This document shows, in pieces, positions 1 to 9,841 of a DNA stretch of 64,000 bases. Both the position numbers and the translations under genes were made by a program. Each line of letters begins with the position of its first letter. Within the stretch, counting starts at the first letter, position 1. This DNA comes from a virus, in the IMG/VR virus record IMGVR_UViG_3300044629_000131, positions 1 through 64,000 of that record. One strand, 5' to 3'. The notes under the pieces were generated by a model. It saw nothing but the letters and a program-made list of their open reading frames with translations. It searched no databases and had not been told where the DNA came from.

Positions 1-2
1 AC

Positions 3-1454
3 GCCACTGCCGTCACTGGTGTTTATCGTTATGCGACAGAAGATGTGCCACCTCTTCCTCTAGATAATCAAACAGAAGTAGTTTCAATCTACGACGAAAT
101 TATTGCTGCTAAGAGAATTACTGACATCTATGCTAGAGCAGTTATCAGACGCTATAACTGGGATCTTGTTGCCAATCCCAAATTTGATATGTGGAAACCA
201 GACTATTCTGCTACCCCAGGTGGTGGCGGTCAGATTGGTAAAACAGCAGCAACTGGAGCCACCTCAATTGCTGATGCTAAGTTCTATGTAATGAATTCGG
301 CATACGAAGTATTTAAGTGCCTTTACAATGGTCAAAATCCTTCAAATGCCAGTGGTCAAAACGCAACCGAAGAACCAATTACAACTGGTGCTAACTATGC
401 TTCGGCAACTGGTCTTTACACAGAAACAACTGGTGCTGGATATATTTGGAAATATATGTACACCATTCCAACTGATGATGTACTAAGATTCTTATCATCA
501 GACTTTATGCCAATTGTTCTTCCATCAAATGCTTCCCGTACCGCTGTAACAGCAGCTGCTGTTGATGGAGCATGTGATGTAGTTCTAATTGAAGATGCTG
601 GATCTGGTCTTCCTGCCTCACAGACTCTCTATACATCTATTAAGGGAGATGGAACAGGTGGTATTGTTAGATTTACTACAAATGGTAGTGGAAATATCAC
701 CTCCGCTTCAATTCAAGCAAGAGGATCTGGTTATACATACGCAAACGTACTTCTAAGTAATGGCAACCTATTCAGCAACGTTGGTCTATCAACTGCTGTT
801 GCTACTTCTGCTGGATGGAAAGGAGCTCTTGAAATTATTCTAGCGCCTCTTGGTGGTCACGGTAAAGATCACGAATCTGAATTGAATGCCAAGAGAGTCA
901 TGACAAATATTCGTCTGACTTATTCTGAAGGTTCTGGAGATTTTCCAGTTGATAACGACTTCCGCAGAATTGGTATTCTTAAGGATCCATACAACTATGG
1001 TACAACCACTTTCTCTACAGCAGACACTCTATCTGGTCTAAAGGCAATTAAGATCACTGGAGCAACAGCCGATTTCATTCCAGATGAAAGAATTCAACAA
1101 ACAGTAAGTGGTGGAACAGCTTATGGAACAGTTGTTTCCTGGACTCTTGATAGTGGATCAACAACCACGGGAGTTCTGAAGTATATTCAAACAACTGATG
1201 CCCATACTGATAGTGGTGTTGTTAGACCATTCGCTAGCAATGGAGCAAATGCTATTACTGGATCATTATCAAACGCTTCTGGAACAGTAAATACTTCATA
1301 TGCTTCATCCTTACTGGGAATGACATTTGCTGCTGGTTTAGCAAATCCAGAAATTGAAAATAATTCTGGTGAGATTATCTACGTCGAGAATCGTCGTCTA
1401 ATCACTCGTGCTCCTGACCAGATTGAAGATATCAAACTAGTAATTGAGTTCTGA
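3..1454 (+). CDS. gp8: Baseplate wedge subunit gp8 (5' part lies before the window)
   Basis: Frame open from nt 3. T4 gp8-type motifs FYVMN..YEVFKCLYN, GYIWKYMYTIP, FRRIGILKDP, and C-terminal YVENRRLITRAPDQIEDIKLVIEF. Confidence 0.9.
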   Translation, partial: ATAVTGVYRYATEDVPPLPLDNQTEVVSIYDEIIAAKRITDIYARAVIRRYNWDLVANPKFDMWKPDYSATPGGGGQIGKTAATGATSIADAKFYVMNSAYEVFKCLYNGQNPSNASGQNATEEPITTGANYASATGLYTETTGAGYIWKYMYTIPTDDVLRFLSSDFMPIVLPSNASRTAVTAAAVDGACDVVLIEDAGSGLPASQTLYTSIKGDGTGGIVRFTTNGSGNITSASIQARGSGYTYANVLLSNGNLFSNVGLSTAVATSAGWKGALEIILAPLGGHGKDHESELNAKRVMTNIRLTYSEGSGDFPVDNDFRRIGILKDPYNYGTTTFSTADTLSGLKAIKITGATADFIPDERIQQTVSGGTAYGTVVSWTLDSGSTTTGVLKYIQTTDAHTDSGVVRPFASNGANAITGSLSNASGTVNTSYASSLLGMTFAAGLANPEIENNSGEIIYVENRRLITRAPDQIEDIKLVIEF

Positions 1455-1463
1455 TTTATATTT

Positions 1464-1509
1464 TACTCCGCTAAATACTAACGACTAGATGTTTGTATTT
1501 GGCGGAGTA
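1464..1509 (+). promoter_or_regulatory. Late promoter (CTAAATA 1471-1477) inside a 15-bp hairpin that sequesters the RBS of the next gene
   Basis: Arm tactccgctaaatac (1464-1478) pairs with gtatttggcggagta (1495-1509), with one G-U. GGAG is at 1504-1507 and ATG at 1512. Confidence 0.75.
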
Positions 1510-1511
1510 CG

Positions 1512-4500
1512 ATGCCTCAGAAGACTAATCTTAACGTAAATCCTTATTACGAGGACTTTGATGCGAATAAGAATTTTTATAAAATTCTATTTCGTCCAGG
1601 TTACTCTATTCAAGGCAGAGAATTAACTCAACTACAGTCTATTCTTCAGAATCAAATAGAAAGCTTCGGAAAGTATGCTTTCAAACAAGGAGAGATGGTT
1701 ATACCTGGAGAGGTTAGTCTCAATACAAAATTAGATTATGTAAAACTATCTTCAGTTTCCGAAGTAGCAGTAAACGAAGGAAATGATATTGTATATAAGA
1801 AATATGATATTAATCAATTAATTGGTCAACAATTAATTGGATTAACTTCTGGTGTTATTGGAACGATTCAAGCAGTAAAAGAAGCAACCGAAACCACTTC
1901 AGATACAATTTTTGTAAATTATCTAACCAGTGGTAATTCAAATACGGAATCAACTTTTAGACAGGGAGAAACCCTAGAAGTTATTGATGGAGTAAATACT
2001 CCTCTACTAGTTGTAGGAACAGACGGTAGTGTGCTCCCTACAAGTATTACAATCACAAATCCAGATACTAATCAGACAACTTCACTACAAAGTCCAGCAA
2101 TGGGTTATGCTTCTGCCGTAAAGGTTGAAGAAGGAATTTATTTTGTAAACGGGTATTTTATCCGCAATCAATCAGAACTTCTAGTAATAGATGAATATTA
2201 TGACAAACCATCGGCAAAAGTTGGTTTTGTTATTAATGAAAGAGTTGTTACTCCAGAGGAAGATGCTTCACTATATGATAATTCAATAGGATCATCGAAC
2301 TATACAGCTCCTGGAGCACATAGATTAAATATTTCACTTTCATTAAAGGAATTTGATCTAAACGCTATTACTGATAAGAACTTTATTCAATTAATTACTA
2401 TTTCCAGAGGAGTAGTTCAGAAAAAAGTATCGCAAACAAATTATAATTTAATTGAAGAAACATTAGCAAGAAGAACATTTGATGAAAGTGGAGATTATGT
2501 TGTTGATAATTTTTCAATTGATGTTAGAGAATATGCTCAAAGGGGTTCAAATAAAGGAATATATTCTGTAGATGAGTTTGGTCTTTATAATGGATTAACA
2601 TCAACTGAGGCATCCAGAAAAATGGTTGCTAGCATTGGTCCAGGTAAGGCATACATTAAGGGATTTGAAATTGTAAACAAAGAGATTAAATACTTACCAA
2701 TTGAAAAGGCAAGAGAAAGTCTATCAAGTGATAATGTAACTTTAAAAACAAAGGGACTTCCAACATTTACATTAACCAATGTTTATGGTAGTGTTCCTCT
2801 CAATAAAGAAGGATCAGATTTAACAGCATATCCAGATGTATTTTTGTATTCATCATTCAATGATGGATCAATTGGTTTAAACAATACAGAACTATCAACT
2901 GATCATAGACAAACTCTTAATAGAAGAGGTCTCATTTTCAATTCAAATGATGCCATAAAAACAATTACGATTCAAGTAACCAGCACAACGACATTACTTG
3001 GATCTATTACTGATGGCACATTTCAAAATCTAATTGGAACTTTATACTACATTAAATCTAGAAGCGATGGAGGATCCCCAACTTCAATTGGCAGTATCAA
3101 GTCAATTTCATATGCTAGCGTTAACAAACCTCTTATAAATCCTTCAGTCTCTGTTCAATTTTTAGAGCTTACAGTTACTGGTCCAAAAAATGAACTAGAA
3201 TTAATTCTTCTCGAATATGACAATGGAGATGATACTTTCAGAAGAAAATTATTTTTCTCAGAGAGTGATGCTCAAAATGATAACAGCGAATTTGGTTTTA
3301 TTGTTGATTACAGACAATCAATTACTCCAGTTATCGGAAAAGTAAAACCAAGTAACTTTTATATCCAACAGAGAGGTTCTGGATTTAACCCAGATTCTGA
3401 TATTATTTTATCAAAAGGACGTTTAACTGGTGGATCTTCTGCTTACAATACGATATTTGGATTGTCATATTTTGATCCCCAATTCTTCACAAAGATAACT
3501 CTAGAATCCGCTCCAACAGGCACCAATGCTTTTGAAATAGGAAAGTATATCTATGGTCTAACAAGTGGCGCATACGGCGTTGTAGAGGGCGCTCCATCTG
3601 GAGTTTATAGTACAAACAATCTCTTATTTGTAAAAACATTATCTGGAAGATTTTTATCTGGAGAAACACTAAGAGATGAATCTGGCAATACAACAAGAAT
3701 TGCTAGAGAAAATACTCTTTCTCATTTTATTGTTCAGAATAGAGGTCTTGGTTATGCTCCAGGTGCCAAAATTGTAATCAATGGATTGGAATTTGATTCT
3801 TCCAAGATTGAATTATTTACATCTGGTGATGGCAAAATTTATAAAGCAATTATCAACAATCGTAATGCTGTAACTACCGAATATTCACAACCTCCTGCTG
3901 TCAGTGTTAATAATCCCCCAGCAGCAACTCCGCCAAATGCTGGTGCTGCTATCATTCCAGTATTGTTTAGAGATACAGTTGTTACATATACTCCCCAGAA
4001 CGTAAAATCTGTTGGAGCTAGATATGGTTCTGGAAATGCCAATGTTTTTAGCGCAGACATATTAGTAGACAATCAGAATTTCTCGGAAATTAAATCAGTT
4101 ACTGATTTTACTTTCTTTGGATTCCAAGGATATGATTTTATAGAATCTACAAGCTTTAGTGCGGATGCTAGCACAATTTTACAGCAAGGAGATATTATTC
4201 AATTTTCTGATGTGAATAATGAATTGGTTCGTGCTATTGTCCAATATGCCACAAAACCAGCTGGTTCATCAAAAACAAGAATATATCTAGACACTGTTCT
4301 CCCAGGAGATGTAACTAATACTAGTATTGTACGTTTGAGACCAAAATTACAGAATTCAAATTCTGGAACTTTACTATTCCCAACTGGTAGTAAGCAGGTT
4401 GGTAAAATTTCTGCTGGTGGAGATGATACAAAGATCAAGTATTACTTCAGAAGAGATTTTGTAACTACTGCTTCTTCTAGTGGAGGAACAATTACTTTTG

Positions 4501-7500
4501 CGGCACAACTTCCATTTGGTACTCAACGATTTGCTGCTTTCTCTGAAAATAATTTTGTTATCACTGTTTTAGATGAAGGAGATGCTCCAAATATTTCTAA
4601 TGGTGATATTATCTACGTTAATCCAGATGCGATAGAAATAGCATCATCTACTGATACCGCGAGTGGTTTAACTTCTGGAAGTATCAGTTTACAACTTCCT
4701 TCAACGTATTTTGGAAATATTCCACCAAATGGACAATTCCCAAAATTAAAACTAACAGCAACTCTAGAAGTAAGCAATGCTAAACCAAGATTAAAAACAG
4801 TTGTTAGAAATAAAAGAATTCTAGTCTCTTCTTCTGGCGATAGAGTAATTCCTTTTAGAGGAACTGATTATGATAACGAAGTGGTGGATGTATTATCATA
4901 TTCAGATGCTTTTAAATTAAGATATGTTTATGAAGGAACGTCTACCCAACCCCCATCAGTTGATACAGCTGGCAATTTAATTTCTGGAACTGATGTTACT
5001 TCAAGATTTACATTTGATGATGGTCAAAGAGATACAATATATGATGTATCAAGAATTGTTTTAAAACCAGGATTTGAACCAACAGTTGGGCAATTAATTA
5101 TTGCTTTTGATTACTTTGAACATTCACAGGGAGATCTATGTACCATTGATAGTTACTTACATGAAGCTGGAGTAACAGAAGATGAAATTCCACTATTTAA
5201 TTCTTCAGTTCATGGTAACCTTGAGTTAAAGAACGTTCTTGACTTTAGACCAAAGGTTGATAATGATGCCATTATTCCTGGATTCCAAGATACTTCATCT
5301 TTAGAAGTAACAAGTGGTCAGTTTGCTGGATCTGGATCTGTAATTTCTGTTACACCTGCTCCAGATTCAAATCTGGAATATACATTCTCATTCAGTCAAG
5401 TTCAATATCTCGATAGAATTGATGGAATTTTCTTAAACAAAAAAGGAGAGTTTTTTGTAAAAGAAGGAAACTCATCACTAAATCCATCAAAACCCGATAC
5501 AATTGATGATGCTGTTGCTTTATTCTATGTTTATATTCCTGCTTACACAAAAACTAGTAACGATGTTCGTGTAACTCCTGTTGATAATCGCAGATACACG
5601 ATGAGAGATATTGGAAAACTCGAAAAGCGTATCGAACGCTTGGAGTATTACACAACTCTCAGCATACTTGAGCAGCAAGCTTTGAATATGCAGGTCAAAG
5701 ATGAAATTGGTCTTGATAGATTTAAGAGCGGATTTTTTGTAGATAATTTCGAATCCCATAAAATTGGCAATTTAAGTTCGTTAGATTATAGATGTTCCAT
5801 TGATAGTCAGCAGTCTGTCCTTCGTCCACAAGCGAAAGAAGATTCTGTCAATCTAGTAGAAGTAAATACAAGAGAAGATCAAAGAGCAGTTTCTGGATAC
5901 AAAAAATCTGGTGACATTATCACACTACCATATACAGATTTAGAATTATTTGGCAATAGTTTTGCGTCAAAAACTATCAATCCAAACCCATTTGTTGTTA
6001 TTCAATATGTTGGAGATGTTCAAGTATCTCCAAATGTAGATCACTGGTATGATCAAAGTATTGATCCTATAGTCGTAGATACAAATACTAGCCTTTTCAA
6101 TATTTTCTTGGCAAAAGATGATTCGAAAGAAAGTTTCTCAAGTCTTCATAATTCTTTCCTTGTAAATTGGGTAGGAACTTCTTCTGCATTTACGGCAATC
6201 AATTCGTTGGGAGAAGTTAATTCGCAGCAAGCAATTTCAACTGTTTCATCTGCTTCTGTTGCTAGTTCTTCAAATATTAGTCCACAGAATAATGAGATTG
6301 GTAAAGGAGTTCAAACAAAATCAATTAATGGAAATCTAGTATCATCTGCTTTAGCATTCTTTGCCAGAAGTATTCCAGTCAAGTATGTGATAAGAAGACT
6401 CAAACCAAATACTGTGGTTAATGTATTCCTCGAAGGAAGAAATGTTAATCGTTGGGCAAATCCAGATTTAAGATTTACTGGAGTTGCTGGTAATTCTCTA
6501 TCATCTTTCAATGGAAGAATTGTTACTGATGAGAATGGAAATGCTAGTGGATTAATCTTAATTCCAGCTGGATTACCACCAAGAGAAAACGCAATATGGA
6601 CTGGTGATGTTGATACAATTGACTATGATTCTTCTGGGGATGAAATTCGTTTGACAACTGGTGCATTAACTTTTAGATTTACTTCCAGTGCCACCGACGA
6701 GTCAAAAGACACAGTAGATACTTATGCCGAGGTCAAGTATTATGCCACTGGCATCCTACCAGAAAATCCTGGAAGTATTGTATCAACTAGACCATCATAT
6801 TTCAAGTCAAATGAAGGTGTTCAAATTGTTGATAATAATACTGATAATCCATTAAGACCAAATCCTTTAGCACAAACTTTCAAGATAGAAAATTATGATG
6901 GCGGATTATTTGCTACTGGTGTTGATTTATTCTTCTCCAAGAAGAGTAGCAATGTACCCATCAAGGTTTATTTAACTGATGTTGTTTCTGGAAAGCCAGG
7001 AAAAAATATCATCCCAGGAACAGAAAAAGTTTTAAATCCAAATACATATTTAAAATGCTACACTAATGGAAATGTTTCTGTAACAAAGGGAGAAATAGTT
7101 ACTGGTTCTAGCTCTTCTGCTAGTGGTCCTATTCTCAAGATCATTGATAAAAATGGTGTTGAAGTTGTAGCATCAACTTCTGGAACATATTCTCTCACAA
7201 ATGAGCAAGTTTACACACTTGTTCTGAGCAACCACAACGGTAAATCATTTAGACAAAATGAAGATCTGATAATTCCTTCTGTCACTTTAGCAAATGCTAC
7301 AGAAGCATCCCAATTAAAATTAACAATTGCTAAAGATAGCGGAAAATTATCTGACATTAAGATTAAAACTACTGGTCAAAATTACGACAGTGCTATTCTA
7401 ACAATAGAAAGTCCACAACTTCCAGGTGGTTCTGTAGCAACTGCTCGTATTGAAGTCTCTGGAGGTAAAGTATATAATGCTGAAATCTCACTCCCAGGAT

Positions 7501-9608
7501 TTGGATACACCGAAGCACCATCAGTTGTTGTTAAGGGTGTTGGAAATGGTGCTGGCGGATGTGAAATAGAAACCTTCATTGAAATAGACACACCAGCAGT
7601 TCAAATGGGTGTAGCAACAGATTCTGCTGGTGTTACAAATTCAACAACACCAACTAGATTTGAATTTGATTATCCAATCTACTTACAAAATGATACTGAA
7701 TATGCTCTTGCGTTAGAGACCGATTCTATTGATTATGAAATTTGGGCATCACGTCTTGGAGATATTGATGTGTCCACAAGCACTGTAATCACAACTCAAC
7801 CTTCTCTTGGTTCTGTTTATAGATCACAGAATATTGATAGTTGGACAGAAGATATTTTTGAAGATCTTAAATTCAAGATGTATCGTGCTGAATTTGATAT
7901 TTCCAGACAAGCGGAAGTTCTCATTACAAACAAAAAACTTGGTTATGAATTATTAGATTCAAATCCATTTGAGACTAATGCCAGCTCAAATACTAATGCC
8001 ACATCAAAATTATTTAAGAGCAATAACAGTATTCTAAAAGTGAAGCATAGAGATAATGGATTTGAAGATTCTGGAAAATCCTATGTGTTCTATAGAAGTG
8101 CCGAGGAAACTGCTGGAATTACAGCAGATATTTTAAATAACACATTATTTAAAATTACTAACTCGGGCATTGACACTTACAATATTACTTCCCTGTCTAA
8201 AGCTGCTGGAAATGCTTTGGGAGGAGGGGATAGTGTATATGCTACTTACAATAGAAAATACGAGGTTCTTTATCCACAAATCCATTATCTAACTTCAACT
8301 GGAACTACTTTGGATACATTTGTAAAAACCACAAATATAGTTCCAGTTGATTCGTCTACAACAAATTATACTTCATATTCACAAACTGATTTCGAAAAGA
8401 CATTTATAAATGAACCACATTACTTCACCAATCAAAAAATTGTCTCTTCTGAAATCAATGAAACTTTGAACAATATTGATAGATCATTGACATATAAAAT
8501 GATTTTGTCTTCTACAAAATCATATCTCTCTCCAGTGATTGATTTGTCAAGTGCTTCAGTAAAACTAAAAACAAATAGAGTTGAGAATGCTTCTGGTCAA
8601 GAAAATAGATTTGGAAGAAGAGATCAAATTATAGAATTCTATCCAATTTATAAGTTTAGTTTATCTGGAAATGCTGGTACTCAAATACAATCAAATCAAA
8701 CTATCACAGGAAAAACTACAAAAGCAACTGGAACTGTAGCAAAGGTTGAAGGTGTAAACGTTTGGGTTCGTGTAAAAACAAGTCAATTCTTCCAACAGGG
8801 GGAAGGTGTGAATCTTGGCAATCAATTATCACTTACAAATGTGAGTATTGATTCAAATCCATCTCAGATATTTGTTTCTATTGCTGATTCATCAACACTG
8901 GTTGCTCGTAACCCATCTTCAATTTTACAGACATATGATAATATCATCACTGGAAAAACTATAATATGGAATAACAAGACACAAGAACTTATTGTTCGTA
9001 ATGATGTTCAACCAATTAATGATGATTTTAATGGAAGAATTGTTGATAATGTTTTGTTTAACAGAAATGCTGTGGTTGTAGATCAAATCAAAGATATCTT
9101 CAGAGTTGGAGATTTTGTAAAATATCCAAATCAACCAGATAGCGAGGCTTCCTTCTTGGAAGTTGGAAGAATATCTTATACAAATGGTATTGATTATGTT
9201 TCTGATAACACCTCAAAAAATAGTTCTTCTGTTTCAAAATACATAACTAAGGAAATTTCTATAAACAATCCAGCGACTTCAATTGATGTTCGCCTGACCG
9301 CCAATATTAAAGACGTATCAAATATACAAGTCCTCTATAGATACAAGAAGGCATCAAGTCAGGAAAACTTTGAAGATATTGATTGGATTTATTTTAATGA
9401 GTCTGGAAATCCAGATACGTTAGAAATTGCTTCAAGTGAAAATACCATTTCTTTTACCACAGAGAAGCAATCTTCGTATCAAGAATTTAAGTATAGTGTG
9501 GCGAATTTACCAGAATATTCATCTTTTGCTGTTAAGATTGTTATGAAATCGGTTGATCCAGCTTATGTTCCAAAGATTCAAGATATCCGCGCCGTTGCTT
9601 CATTTTAA
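1512..9608 (+). CDS. VrlC-like (DUF4815-type) large baseplate/virion structural protein, 2698 aa
   Basis: N-terminus MPQKTNLNVNPYYEDFD..KNFYKILFRPG..IQGRELTQLQSILQNQIE, plus RRYTMRDIGKLEKRIERLEYYT and DRFKSGFFVDNF. Position after gp8 is as in cyanomyoviruses. Confidence 0.85.
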   Translation: MPQKTNLNVNPYYEDFDANKNFYKILFRPGYSIQGRELTQLQSILQNQIESFGKYAFKQGEMVIPGEVSLNTKLDYVKLSSVSEVAVNEGNDIVYKKYDINQLIGQQLIGLTSGVIGTIQAVKEATETTSDTIFVNYLTSGNSNTESTFRQGETLEVIDGVNTPLLVVGTDGSVLPTSITITNPDTNQTTSLQSPAMGYASAVKVEEGIYFVNGYFIRNQSELLVIDEYYDKPSAKVGFVINERVVTPEEDASLYDNSIGSSNYTAPGAHRLNISLSLKEFDLNAITDKNFIQLITISRGVVQKKVSQTNYNLIEETLARRTFDESGDYVVDNFSIDVREYAQRGSNKGIYSVDEFGLYNGLTSTEASRKMVASIGPGKAYIKGFEIVNKEIKYLPIEKARESLSSDNVTLKTKGLPTFTLTNVYGSVPLNKEGSDLTAYPDVFLYSSFNDGSIGLNNTELSTDHRQTLNRRGLIFNSNDAIKTITIQVTSTTTLLGSITDGTFQNLIGTLYYIKSRSDGGSPTSIGSIKSISYASVNKPLINPSVSVQFLELTVTGPKNELELILLEYDNGDDTFRRKLFFSESDAQNDNSEFGFIVDYRQSITPVIGKVKPSNFYIQQRGSGFNPDSDIILSKGRLTGGSSAYNTIFGLSYFDPQFFTKITLESAPTGTNAFEIGKYIYGLTSGAYGVVEGAPSGVYSTNNLLFVKTLSGRFLSGETLRDESGNTTRIARENTLSHFIVQNRGLGYAPGAKIVINGLEFDSSKIELFTSGDGKIYKAIINNRNAVTTEYSQPPAVSVNNPPAATPPNAGAAIIPVLFRDTVVTYTPQNVKSVGARYGSGNANVFSADILVDNQNFSEIKSVTDFTFFGFQGYDFIESTSFSADASTILQQGDIIQFSDVNNELVRAIVQYATKPAGSSKTRIYLDTVLPGDVTNTSIVRLRPKLQNSNSGTLLFPTGSKQVGKISAGGDDTKIKYYFRRDFVTTASSSGGTITFAAQLPFGTQRFAAFSENNFVITVLDEGDAPNISNGDIIYVNPDAIEIASSTDTASGLTSGSISLQLPSTYFGNIPPNGQFPKLKLTATLEVSNAKPRLKTVVRNKRILVSSSGDRVIPFRGTDYDNEVVDVLSYSDAFKLRYVYEGTSTQPPSVDTAGNLISGTDVTSRFTFDDGQRDTIYDVSRIVLKPGFEPTVGQLIIAFDYFEHSQGDLCTIDSYLHEAGVTEDEIPLFNSSVHGNLELKNVLDFRPKVDNDAIIPGFQDTSSLEVTSGQFAGSGSVISVTPAPDSNLEYTFSFSQVQYLDRIDGIFLNKKGEFFVKEGNSSLNPSKPDTIDDAVALFYVYIPAYTKTSNDVRVTPVDNRRYTMRDIGKLEKRIERLEYYTTLSILEQQALNMQVKDEIGLDRFKSGFFVDNFESHKIGNLSSLDYRCSIDSQQSVLRPQAKEDSVNLVEVNTREDQRAVSGYKKSGDIITLPYTDLELFGNSFASKTINPNPFVVIQYVGDVQVSPNVDHWYDQSIDPIVVDTNTSLFNIFLAKDDSKESFSSLHNSFLVNWVGTSSAFTAINSLGEVNSQQAISTVSSASVASSSNISPQNNEIGKGVQTKSINGNLVSSALAFFARSIPVKYVIRRLKPNTVVNVFLEGRNVNRWANPDLRFTGVAGNSLSSFNGRIVTDENGNASGLILIPAGLPPRENAIWTGDVDTIDYDSSGDEIRLTTGALTFRFTSSATDESKDTVDTYAEVKYYATGILPENPGSIVSTRPSYFKSNEGVQIVDNNTDNPLRPNPLAQTFKIENYDGGLFATGVDLFFSKKSSNVPIKVYLTDVVSGKPGKNIIPGTEKVLNPNTYLKCYTNGNVSVTKGEIVTGSSSSASGPILKIIDKNGVEVVASTSGTYSLTNEQVYTLVLSNHNGKSFRQNEDLIIPSVTLANATEASQLKLTIAKDSGKLSDIKIKTTGQNYDSAILTIESPQLPGGSVATARIEVSGGKVYNAEISLPGFGYTEAPSVVVKGVGNGAGGCEIETFIEIDTPAVQMGVATDSAGVTNSTTPTRFEFDYPIYLQNDTEYALALETDSIDYEIWASRLGDIDVSTSTVITTQPSLGSVYRSQNIDSWTEDIFEDLKFKMYRAEFDISRQAEVLITNKKLGYELLDSNPFETNASSNTNATSKLFKSNNSILKVKHRDNGFEDSGKSYVFYRSAEETAGITADILNNTLFKITNSGIDTYNITSLSKAAGNALGGGDSVYATYNRKYEVLYPQIHYLTSTGTTLDTFVKTTNIVPVDSSTTNYTSYSQTDFEKTFINEPHYFTNQKIVSSEINETLNNIDRSLTYKMILSSTKSYLSPVIDLSSASVKLKTNRVENASGQENRFGRRDQIIEFYPIYKFSLSGNAGTQIQSNQTITGKTTKATGTVAKVEGVNVWVRVKTSQFFQQGEGVNLGNQLSLTNVSIDSNPSQIFVSIADSSTLVARNPSSILQTYDNIITGKTIIWNNKTQELIVRNDVQPINDDFNGRIVDNVLFNRNAVVVDQIKDIFRVGDFVKYPNQPDSEASFLEVGRISYTNGIDYVSDNTSKNSSSVSKYITKEISINNPATSIDVRLTANIKDVSNIQVLYRYKKASSQENFEDIDWIYFNESGNPDTLEIASSENTISFTTEKQSSYQEFKYSVANLPEYSSFAVKIVMKSVDPAYVPKIQDIRAVASF

Positions 9609-9634
9609 TTGTTTTAAAGGGAATAATTCCGCAT

Positions 9635-9841
9635 ATGGATTATATAAAAGTTAGTGGTCATGACGGTCTTGTAAGGGATCAAAATACAGGTGCTATCTTG
9701 AATTTAGACGATTATGCTATAGAGTCTAGAAAGAAAGCAAAGTACTTGAGTTCCGCGATCAATGATATAAATATGTTGAAGAATGAACTAAGTGAAATCA
9801 AAAAATTACTAAGAGAGATAATAAAAAATGGCGGTTCTTAG
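9635..9841 (+). CDS. Small conserved phage protein with C-terminal coiled coil
   Basis: KVSGHDGLVRD..TGAILN followed by a heptad-like C-terminus. Sits between structural genes. Confidence 0.75.
   Translation: MDYIKVSGHDGLVRDQNTGAILNLDDYAIESRKKAKYLSSAINDINMLKNELSEIKKLLREIIKNGGS
9766..9773 (+). promoter_or_regulatory. T4-type late promoter TATAAATA
   Basis: Exact T4 late consensus about 55 nt upstream of ATG 9828. Confidence 0.65.
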
